From NCBI GenBank assembly GCA_036785375.1, contig JAWMAR010000005.1:3596001-3660000 (forward strand): a stretch of DNA of 64,000 nt, written 5' to 3'. Each line of letters starts with the position of its first letter. The first letter of the stretch is position 1. The notes beneath the pieces were generated by a model. The model was not told the DNA's origin. It made no database searches and saw nothing but the letters and a program-made list of their open reading frames with translations. Below are positions 29,001 to 41,000 of this stretch, one piece after another. The DNA comes from Leucoraja ocellata (taxonomy: Eukaryota). A program made the translations under genes and the position numbers.

Positions 29001-32000
29001 TGGGCATCGCTGGTGGATGCAGACTCGGTGGGCCGAAGGGCCTGCTTCCCCGCTGTATCTCTAGACTAAACATGGATTTTGTGTAGGAAAGAACTGCAGA
29101 TGCAGGTTTAAATTGAAGATAGACAAAAAATGCTGGATTAACTCAGCGGGACAGGCAGCATCCTCCTTCTCTCCAAAGATGTTGCCTGTCCCGCTGTTAC
29201 TCCAGCATTTTGTGTCTACAAACATGGATTTTATCAGATGGGGATAGTTGTGCCCTATCCCATACTGCCCCAGCCAGTTATAGAATCATAGTGTGATACA
29301 GTGTGGACACAGGTCCTTCTCCCACACAGACCATGTCCCAGCTACACTAGTCCTATCTGCCCGCGTTTGGTCCATATCCTTCCAAACCGGTCCTGTCCAT
29401 GTACCTTTCTAACTGTTTCTTAAATGTTGGGATAGTCTCTGCCTCAACTAATTCCTCTGGCAGCTTGTTCCATACACCCACCATCCTCTGTGTGAAAAAG
29501 TTACTCCTCAGATTCCTGTTAAATCTTTTCCCCTTCACCTTAAACCTATGTCCTCTGGTTCTCGATTCACCTACTCTGGGCAAGAGACTCTATGTAATCT
29601 ATTCCTCTCATGATTGGGTGATGGGTCATGATGTCTCAGTTCCTGGTGGAACATCAGAACGCTGCCAGGTTAGCACATGCGTGCTGCCACCTAGCGGCCA
29701 TAGTGATAAAAGCCCTGGGGAGGAGCGCATGTCTAACCTGGTGGATCATCAGCTGGTCATTGAGCTGAGCCGCTGAATCCCAGACGATGTCGCTGTGGCT
29801 GAGGTGCTTCGCTCTCTCCACCCATTTCAGTACAAACTCCAGCATTTCGTGGAATTCCTCCAACTGGGAAGCGGCCTGTGGAGAGCAATGGGAGAAGAAG
29901 ATTAGAACAGTGTTCAGGAAAAGCCAACACGATTCTCAGAGGCAAAAATGAGCCGGGTTCTGTCAAGTGCAAGGTCCAGCTGACAATGGTTCAAATGAAG
30001 TCGCAAGAAATGGGATATGGGCCAAACTCAGGCAGTTGGGGCCAAACTCAGGCAGGTGGGGCCAACATAGATGAGGCACCTTGGTCGGCATGGGCAAGTT
30101 GGGCCGAAGGGCCTGTTTCCATGCAGTATGACTCTATGAATCTAAGCAACTGCAGATGTTGATTTACAAAAGTAACTCAGCGGGTCAAGCGGCATCTCTG
30201 GAAGACATGAACGAGAGATGTTTCAAGTCGTGGCCCCATCCCAAAACATTGCCTATTCATGTCCTCCAGAGATGCTACTTCATGTTTTGAATGAGTTGGA
30301 GGATGGGTGTTGTCAAGGATATGATATCTGTTGTCCTTGACACAAAGCAATCAGTAACCTGTCAAAAGTCAACATGAGAAAAGTTTAGGCATCTTCTTCC
30401 AGTGTCCATGTCCTGGTGGTCACTATCTGCCCGTCTCCTCTCCTCTGCTGAAGGTTCTAACACTAGTCTGGTTTCTTCACCCTGTCACCTCTGAGACCCA
30501 GGCACTGAGTGTTGGCATTGTATCTATGAACAGGTCACGTCACAGGTAAGCAACATCACCTGCTTCTGCCCCTCCCTCCACTTTAGTCCCACATACCAAA
30601 ACAACCGCTCTGCTTATGGTGACCCTAGTCTTCATCCCTCCCTGCAATAACACTGCATCCTTCAAACCTCCGGCTCCTTGCAACTAAGTGTTCAGTTACC
30701 TTATTATATATAGTTTTTTCACTTCCCCATGAAAACCCATATACCATTCTATAAATTATGGCCATGGTTCTGAATTCCCCCATCAGAAGAAATAGTTTCT
30801 CTCTATCCATCCTAGTGATTCTTTTAATCAACACTTTAGAGAACACGGAACGGCACAGTGGTGCAGTGGTAGAGTTGCTGCCTTACAACGCCAGAGACCT
30901 GGGTTCGATCCGGTCTACGGGTGCTACCGATACGGAGTTTGTACGTTCTCCTCGTGACCTACGTGGGTTTTCTCTGGAATCTCCAGTTTCCTCCCACACT
31001 CCAAAGATGTATGGGTTTGTAAATTAATTGGCTTGGTATAACGGTAAACTGTCCCTAGTATGTGTAGGATAGCGTTAGTGTGCGGGGATCGCTGGTCGGT
31101 GCGGACTCCATGGGCCGAAGGACCTGTTTCTGCATTGTATCTCTAAACTAAACTAAACTAAATCAAGCACATTGAAGTAGATTGATATAAGATCTGAAAC
31201 AACACAGTGCTGATAAAAGGCCAAATACTGTTGTATGCAGAGCCGGCGCTGCTTACCTTGTTGAGTTTAGAGGCTCTGTACTCAGTCTCTCGAAAGACCT
31301 GCTGATAGAGGCTGGACAGTTTAGTCATGTCATCCATCAGCCGCTTGCTCTGCTGAGGGTTCTGCTCCATGAAATCCTGCACGGTGGCATCCAGTTCCAC
31401 CAGCTTCACGTTGCAGCTGTCCAGCCTGTCCCAGAGCCTCTGCAGGGATAACAAACCTCATGTAAGTAAGCAATGCCCTGTCCTGGGTGAATATGGAACT
31501 TATCAAGTGCACAGCAAACCTACTCCTCAACCTTGTGTGGGAAGGAACTGCAGACTCGCGTTGAGTTACTAGAGCTTCACTCGTTCAGGAGATGCACCTT
31601 GCAGACAATGGAAATGGTTTAGGCTGTCGGGTGGATGAGGGGGAAGGTGAGTCACTCATTATAAGATCCCAGCCTCGTTATATGATGTGGAGATGCAGGT
31701 AAGTCCAGAGGCCATGTTTGAGTTTAAATACTCCCTTACCCAAAATCGGCAAACAATATTGTTTCATCAGTTTGAGAGTCCTGGCTGTACATAAATTGCC
31801 TTGAGTATGCGCTTACACAATGACATTGTTTGCAGTGCAGGCAATCACTCAACTGAGGATGCTTCTACCATTGCGACGGGGTTCTGCATGAATTTGTTAT
31901 TTCCTTCTTGTTCTCATCCCATCTTGATGTCAAACTGATAAGAGGTGACGGAGCAAGGGAACACAGGCAGCAGAACTGGGATCACACGTATAAAGCTTCC

Positions 32001-35000
32001 TTGTGCGGGTAGATGAGAATATCAAGAAAGACACAAAAAAGCTGGAGTAACTCAGCATCTCTGGAGAAAAAGAATAGGTGACGTTTCGGGTCAAGACCCT
32101 TCTTCAGACTTAGTAAAGATGTGGGAGTGGGGCCAGAGAAGCAGAAGTCATTAAAGAGACGAAGGGTGTGTGAGGTATCGTGGACATAGGTCGGGAGGAA
32201 GCGGATTGGGGTGAGGGGAGATAGGATGGAGTCGAGGTACGTGGAAACGATTTCAGTGGAGCAGGTGCAGTCAGACACAACGGGACTGCCAGGGCAGTTG
32301 TGTTTATGGGTTTTGGGGAGGAGGTAAAACCAGGTCGTGTGGGACTGGGGAATGATAAGATTGGAGGCTGTGGAGGGCAGACAGCTGGAGGTGATAACAT
32401 CGTAAATTTCCTGCAAAATGGTGGCCTGGTGCTCATCTTTAGGGTCATGGTCCAAGGGTAAGTAGGAGGAGGTGTCCGAGAGTTGGCGCCTGGCCTCAGC
32501 AGGCAGAGGTCAGCTCGCCAGATGAAAATATATCCAGCACAATACGTAGCAATCTGAAGAAACCAAAATTTGCTTTTAGTATCCCCAACATCATAAATGC
32601 AATAAAACTAGTCCGCACTTTCCCCCCTCACCTCCTGCTCAATCTTGGCTTGTACGGCATCTACTCCTTTCTCTTTTAGTTTTCTGGAAATGTCGTGCAG
32701 TCCATCGGAGATCTGTTGCATCCTGCTGTTAAAGTCCAGGGTCACTGCCTTCATTTGTTCAGCTTCCCCTTCTTTCACGTTCACCTATACAGTTTAGAGA
32801 TAGTTTCGAGTTCAGTTTCGAGATACAGCGCGGAAGCAGGTCCTTCAGCCCACTGAGTCCGCGCTGACCAGCAATCTCCCCATACACCAGAACTATCCTA
32901 CACACAAGGGACAATTTACAATCTTTGCACAAAGGGCGGTGGGTTATGGAACGAGCTATCGGAGGAGGTAGTTGAAACAGACACTATCGCGACATTTAAA
33001 AAACATTTAGACAGGTACATGGATAGGACAAGTTTAGAGGGATATCGGCTAAACGCAGGTAGGTGGGATTTGTGCAGATGGGACATGTTGGCCAGTGAGG
33101 ACAAGTTGGGCTGGAGGGCCTGTTTCCACGCTGTATGACTCTATGACAAGTCTCTGCCTCCTGTAGAAGTCTGTGGTATTTCTGTGTGGCATCTCTCGGG
33201 TCATGCTAGCTGTTCATGCTAGCATCCTGCTGGAGAAACTCAGCGGGTGCGACAGCATTTATGGAGCGAAGGAGGGTTTTGGCCCGAAATGTTGCCTATT
33301 TCCTTCGCTCCGTAGATGCTGCCGCACCCGCTGGGATATGCTCTCTGCAAAAAGCAGTGAATCACAATTTATCATTAGCTGTGAACATCGCTGGCAACAT
33401 CAGCTTTTATCCCCCAAGTTGTTTCAGAAATAAGAATCTGCGATTTACACCATAAACCATGAGAGTCTGTTAAGGTGGTGAAAGATCTTCCCAAAATCCT
33501 GTTAGATCAGGTATCATGAGATTTTGACTTGACAACAGAAGGGGACTGGTGACTGGGGAAGGGTACCCATGTCAGGAGTTACAGTGAGAAGGCAGGAGAA
33601 TGGGGTTGGGAGGGAAAGGAAGATCAGGCATGATTGAATGGTGGAGTAGACTTGATGGACTGAATGGCCTAATTCTGCTCCTATTACTTATGACCTTATG
33701 ATGAAGTGTATGGAAACAAGAGGGGTACTTGCAATTGTAGGAGTTGCATGCTGCTATCGAGTGAAAGGTGGAGTCAAGGGCCTCTCGAAGAATTTGTGCT
33801 GAGTTCCTGCAGTACACTGTGTAGGTGGTGCACATTGTAGATGGAGTGTGTGAGTGGTTTAGTTTAGTTTAGAATCAGGCCCTTCGGCTCACCGAGTCTG
33901 CGTCGACCAGCGATTCCCGCACACGAGCACTATCCAACACACACGAGGGGCAATTTACAATTTTACCAAAGCCAATTAACCTACAAACCTGCACGTCTTT
34001 GGAGTGTGGGAGGAAACCGGAGCTCCCGGAGAAAACCCACGCAGGTCGCAGGCAGAACGTACAAACTCCCCACCGAAAGCTCCCATGGTCAGGATCGAAC
34101 CCGGGACTTTGCCGATGTAAGATAACAACACTAACGCTGTGCCACCACGCCGCCCCTTGTTGATGAGTAGGATGTTGCCAAAGGACTCTGAGCCAAACTT
34201 ACCTGTTCCTCAATGGCTCCAAGGGCTAGCCTGACCTCAGCCAGTTGCTCTGACAGCTCAGAGGGCAGGATGGTGTATAATTCCAGGTACTTATCCCGCT
34301 GTCTGTCTCCCAGCCGTTCCACTGTCTGATGTCGAGTAGCTACCTCCCCGTGCAGTTCCTAAATACAAGACAGCGTGTTACGGCAAGAAAATGGTATTAC
34401 AGCTCCGTAAGATTAAAAAGTGGATCATCGGACCTGCTACAGAAATTACGCATGATCTCTACTGGTGGGCAAGCTTAGACTCTGTTTGGTGCCACCGAGG
34501 CAATACTAAGAGGATACATTTACATGCTTGCTGCATTCAATCCAGATCCAATAATGTCCCCATGATGAATTTCTCGACCTGGTTTTATCACCACTTCTGC
34601 TCCTCTCTCTCTCTCTATCTATCACTGCAACCCCTCTGCAGTCCTACTCACCACATTCTCTCTCACTGCAGCTTCCTAAAGCCCCGCACACCATGCTTTA
34701 TATCATCGCAACATCCGGCAGTAGAGCACATTGTGCCATCTATCACTGCAACTCTCTGCCGTTTAGTTTCGTTTCGAGATATAGCGCTGAAATAAGCCTT
34801 TCCCACCCACCGGAGAAAGCCCGCGGGGTCACGGGAAGAAAGTACGAATTCTATATGGACAACACCCATAGTCAGGATGGAACGGGTCTCTGGCGTTGTG
34901 AGGCAGCTACTCTACTGCTGCACCACTGTGCCGGCTGCCACTTGGAACTTCTTTACCTCTAACCCTCCACCTTTCCACCTCCCTCTTTCCTTTTATGGTT

Positions 35001-38000
35001 TTACTTAAAACCAGCTTGCTCATATTTCGCTTGTGCAGCTTACAACCCAGCAGTATGAACATTTATTTCTCTAACTTCGTAACCCTTGCATTCCATCTCT
35101 CTCCGTCCCTTCCCCAACCTATCCTTGTTGTCGTCCTGCTTAGTTTACTGTTGCACTCGTTATCACCTTCTCCAAAGCCAACAATGGACCATTGTGGGCT
35201 ACACGTTTCCTTGATCATCGTTGCAGGCTTTCATTTATCCTTTTGCATACCTTCCGTTCATTTGTTCTGTGTACCTCTTCATATCTCTAGTTTCCCTCCA
35301 CCCTGACTGAAGAAGGGTCACGGCCCGAAACGTCACCTATTCCTCTTGTCCAGAGATACAACCTGTTACTCCAGCTTAGAAACATAGAAAATAGGTGCAG
35401 GAGGAGACCATTCGGCCCTTCGAGCCAGCAGCGCCATTCATTGTTATCATGGCTAATCGTCCCTAATCAATAACCCGTGCCTGCCTTCTCCCCATATCCC
35501 TTGATCCACTAACCCCTAGAGCTCTTTCTAACTCTCTCTTAAATCCATCCAGTGATTTGGCCTCCACTGCCCTCTGGCAGGGAATTCTACAAATTCACAA
35601 CTCTCTGGATGAAAAAGTATTTTCTCACCTCAGTCTTAAATGGCCTCCCCTTTATTCTTAGGCGGTGGCCCCTGGTTCTGGACTCGCCCAACATTGGGAA
35701 CATTTTTCCTGCATCTAGCTTGTCCAGTCCTTTTATAATTGTATATGTTTCTATAAGATCCCCCTCATCCTTCTAAACTCCAGTAAATACAAGCCAAGTC
35801 TTTTCAATCTTTCCTCATATGACAGTCCCGCAATCCCAGGGATCGATCTCGTGAACCTACACTGCACTGCCTCAATCACAAGGATGTCCTTCCTCAAATC
35901 AGGAGACCAAAACCGTGCACAATACTCCAGATGTGGTCTCACCAGAGCCCTATACAACTGCAGAAAAACCTCGCTACTATATTCCTTTCCTTGTTGTGTA
36001 TATCTTCTTGTTTAAACAAGTTGAGTCCCAATAGCTTCAAATTATATTTAGTTTAGCGATACAGCGCGAAAACAGGCCCATCGGCCCACCGGGTCCGTGC
36101 CGACCAGCAATCCCTGCACATTAACACTATCCTTCACACATTAGGAACTATTTTTTTTACATTTACCAAGCCAAGTAACCTACAAACCTGTACGTCTTTG
36201 GAGTGTGGGGAAAAAACCAAAGATCTTGGAGAAAACCCACGCAGGTCACGGGGAGAACGTACAAACTCCGTACAGACAGCACCCGTAGTCGGTCTCATAG
36301 ATTTTTTGAATCCACAGCACATCCTTGCAAGGAGCAACCTGTACCTCATCAGGTTTTTCAACGGTAGGCTCTGTATTTTACCGAATGTGTATGAGGGGTT
36401 TAGAGTTTGATCTAGATAAACTGGGCCCTAGGAGCATGCTGGGGATTTGTATATGAATGTTCTCCTTTCCCTTTCAATAGCCAGCACCCATCTGTCACTG
36501 TGGGATATACCTTCAGCTCCTGGAGCTCTGTAACTGCATCAGTGGTTGGGTTTTGCAGATACTCCTTTGTCTCCCGCAGCCACTGCTTGATGGCGTTTAA
36601 TTCGCTCTCCACCTCCTCCCGCTCCTTCAGTTCCTGCTGGACCATTTTCTTGCTCTTCCTTATCTTTTGTCGGACGCTTTAATTGAAAGCAGAAACTTAA
36701 GTCAATATCTGCCTCTGCCACAGAGCGAGGAAATCGGCCCCTTGGAACAAGCCATTTACTTGTTGAGTTTCATTGTTTGTAACTCGTTTTCACGCAGCCC
36801 ACAATTGCCAATGGCCTGTTTCCTTTACCATCGTTACTTTTTTGCATATCTTTCATTCATTTGTTCTGTATCTCTCTATATCACCGTCAATATCTCTCGT
36901 TTCCCTTTCCCCTGACTCTCAATCTGAAGACGAGTCGCAACCCAAAACTTCACCGATACAATTTCTGCAGAGATGCTGTCTGACCTACTGTGTAAAGGGC
37001 CTGTCCCACTTTCCCGAGTTATTCACGAATTCTCCCAACTTTTCCCCTTGATTCAAACTCGCAGAATGTTCGTAACAAGTCCGTAGGCGGCTGTTGGACA
37101 TATTATGTGCGTTTAAGGCTAGATGCTGAATGAAGACACATAACTCATGGCTATTTCTTTTACTCGTGGACATTTTTTAACAGGCTGGAAAAAACGTCCC
37201 AACTTACCTGATGCCCTGAGTACCTACGGCTGGCATAACGAGCCGCTACGATATATCTACAGCCTACGGCCTCATTACGAACATTCTGCTAGTTTGAATC
37301 AAGGGGAAAACTCTTCATTTACTAAGTATGTTGGCTTTTGCGTTCAATGTTTCCCATGTTCAAATAAAACCTCTGGTGTGGATGCTCACTAATTGGAAGC
37401 GCCGTTACCATGCCAGGAGAGGCCAATGTCGTCACATTGGTCATGTGTCTTCACTCAGCATCTAGCCTTAAACGCACATAATATGTCCAGCGGATCAGTC
37501 TGAAGAAGGGCCTCGACCCGAAACATCGCCCATTCCTTCTCTCCAGAGATGCTGCCTCACCCGCTGAGATCCTTCAGCATTTTGTGTCTACCTTATATCA
37601 AGTGGACGTGCATATGGAATGTGTCAGGAAAATTACCAGTGAAACAATGCTTCTGGTAGTCATAGAATCAGTGACAAGACAACACAGGCTGAGGAGGGAC
37701 AACTACCACTGTACCAGCATGCCGCCTCTCTACTGGTGAGATATTCCTTTATCCACCCACACGCTGCGTTTCTAAGAGGTAGACACCGGACTCCCGTTGA
37801 ACCCACTTACTTGTCATATCTGTCCTGCATGGCTTTGATCTCGTGCATGACGGGGAGATCCTCCACCGTGGTTGAAGGCATGGCCACGTCTCGCAGCATG
37901 TTCAGTGCCTGCTGTCGGAGCACGGTCAGAGTGGACTGCTCCCGCTCCACTTCCTGCGCAAAGGCATCGTGGTATTCGAGGAGCTCGAGCAGCTCGGTCT

Positions 38001-41000
38001 TCCGTGCCTTCTCCACGGAGCTGTCGGGGAGTCGATCCTGCAGCTGGTCCACCACCACTGTGGTTGTCTCGATCTGGGGACCGAGGTTAAGCCAAAGGAA
38101 TGGGCAGAGTAAGCACCAGAGTAACACAAGCTCCCCTTGGCGAGTGAAAATAATCAGGCGCACATCACTCCAGTTCTCTATAACTTATCTCCATCTACTC
38201 GGCTTTGAGATGTAACCCATAAGGTCAAGGCAACAATGCCGGGGAATGGGATAATCAAATCTTGTCACGTTTAGAGATACAGTGCGGAAACAGGCCCTGC
38301 AGCCCACCAAATCTGCACCGACCAGCGATCACCCCATACACTGGCACTATCCTGCACACTATGGACAATTTACAATTGTTACCGAAACCTACAAACATGT
38401 ACTTCTTTGGAATATTGGAGGAAGCCAGAGCTCTCGGAGAAAACCCAGGCGGTCATAGGGAGAATGTACAAACTCTGTATAAACAGTGTCCGTAAGGCAG
38501 GATCGAACCCGGGCCCCTGGCGCTGAAAGGCAACAATTCTACCACTACGCTACCATTGATCTTTGATCAGAGAATTGGGTCTTGGCTGATGCAAAACACA
38601 AAGTATAGGGTCAAAAAGGGAACAAACACAGTGCTAAAACAGGACTGCATTTGAAGAGCCAGCAATAAGGTGGTGGGAAGGAAAGGAAAAAATTGTGACA
38701 GAATGGAGATCCCTTTGACCAATCTTCCAACCTGAATTCTCCCTTTCAGACAGGCAGTGACTAGTGGGGTACCGCAAGGCTCGGTGCTGGGACTGCAGCT
38801 ATTTACAATATACATCAATGATTTAGATGAAGGGATTCAAAGTAATATTAGCAAATTTGCAGATGACACAGAGCTGGGTGACAGTGTGAACTGTGAGAAG
38901 GATGCTATGAGGATACAGGGTGACTTGGACTGGTTGGGTGAGTGGGCAGATGCATGGCAGATGCAGTTTAATGTGGATAAATGTGAGGTTATCCACTTTG
39001 GTAGCAAAAACAGGAAGGCAGATTATTATCTAAATAGTGTCAAGTTGGGAAAAGGAAAAGGACAATGGTATCAGGGCTTGTTCATCAGTCAATGAAAGTA
39101 AGCATGCAGGTACAGCAGTGAAGAAAGCGAATGGCATGTTGGCCTTGATACCAAGAGGAGTTGAGTATAGGAGCAAGGAGGTCCGTCTGCAGTTGTATAG
39201 GGCCCTAGTGAGACCACACCTGGAGTATTGTGTGCAGTTTTGGTCCCCTAATTTGAGGGAGGACATTCTTGCTATTGAGGGAGTTCAGCGTAGGTTTACA
39301 AGCTAATTCCCGAGATGGCGGGACTGTCATATCCTGAGAGAATGGAGCGGCTGGGCTTGTATACTCTGGAATTTAGAAAGATGAGAGGGGATCTTATTGA
39401 AACATATAAGATTATTAAGGGTTTGGACACGCTAGAGGCCGGAAACATGTTCCCAATGTTGTGGGAGTTCAGACTCAGTCTTCCACCTTTGTTCTACTTT
39501 AGAGATGTCCTTCATTCTGGTTAGGTTAGGTTAGGTTAGGTTAGGTTAGGTTCGGTTCCGTTTAGTTTGGTTTGCTTTAGTTTGGTTTATTGTCACAAGT
39601 ACCAAGGTACAGTGAAATGCTTCTTGTTGCGTGCTATCTGGTCAGGGGAAAGACTATGTATGACTACAATCAAGCTGTGCTCAGTGTACAGATAGGGGAT
39701 GAAGGAACTAACGTTTGGCGCACGATAAAGTTCTAGTCCGCACCTTGTCCGTGAGGTTCTTCCATCCGCGTGCTGCTTCTTCCAGCATCTTTTCCTGCTC
39801 TCGGGCTACACTGCGTAGCCGGGTCCAGCGCTGCCACACAGTGGTCATCGATCTACTGATGGTGGCCTTGCTGGCATCATTGCCCAAGCTCTCCAGCTGC
39901 GAGGCTTGCTCCTCCAGGGTGGTGATCTTCTCCTGGAAGGAATTCACCACCGATAGCAACGACTAGGAGTGAGAGAAATATCAATGGAACACGTGTATTA
40001 AACCACATTGGCAGCTTTATATAAAAAAAAAACATGTCTTGCAGAAAGGAAGAAAAAGGTAAAAGGGAAATGAAAGGAAGAGAGAGCACAAAATGAGAGG
40101 AGAAAGAGAGAGGGAGAGGGAGAGGGAGAGAGCAAAGGTTTGACAGTGGGTCAGGCAGCATCTCTGGAGCACATGCAAAGGTGACATTTTGGGTCAGAGT
40201 CTGAAGAAAGGTCCCAACCCAAAACGTTGCCTATCCATGCTCTCCAGAGATGTTTCCTGACCCGCTGAGTTACTCCAGCATGTTGTGTTCTCTGAAAGAT
40301 TCCAGCTTCTGCAGTTCCCTGTGCCGACCCCAGGTAGCTCCTTGCGGTGGGCTAGTGATTGCTGTCAGCGAGTTATTGCTAGAAAGTATTGAGAGCCAGA
40401 TACTAGAAACATAGAAACAGAAAATAAGTGCAAGAGGAGGCCATTTGGCCGCTTCGAGCCTGCACCACCATTCATTGTGATCATGCCTGATCATCCACAT
40501 TCAGTACCCCGTGCCTGCCTTCTCCCCATATCCCATGATTCTGCTAGCCCTTAGAGCTCTATCTCTTTTAAATTCATCCAGTGAATTGGCCTCTACTGCA
40601 TTCTGTGGCAGGGAATTCCACAAATTCATAACTGGGTGAAAACGTTTTTTTCTCATCTCAGTTTTAAATGGCCTCCCCTTCATTCTTAGACTGTAGCCCT
40701 AGTTCCGGACTCCCCCATTATTGGGAACATTTTTCCTGCATCTAGCTTGTCCAGTCCTTTTACAATTGTATATGTTTCTGTGGTGCTACCTTATGCTGAG
40801 TCAGCTTCTCTTCACTTTCATGGCTAGTTGCTGCTTTGGCAGTGGAGAATTCCGACAACGTCTTTTCTGCCTGGTTCATGAGAGCAATTAACTGCTGCCG
40901 GGCCTCCTGGTAGTCTTGCCACTGTGCGACACATCTAGGAGGAATGGTGTAGAACCACACTCAGTCAGCTCTCGGTTCAATGAAAGCTAAACAGAAAACA

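Noticed and set aside
38757-39524. Possible active reverse transcriptase gene
   Set aside because: 5'-truncated, frameshifted and internally deleted CR1 fragment.
39519-39552. Telomere-like repeat
   Set aside because: The unit is TTAGG rather than vertebrate TTAGGG and grades into a LINE-tail microsatellite.
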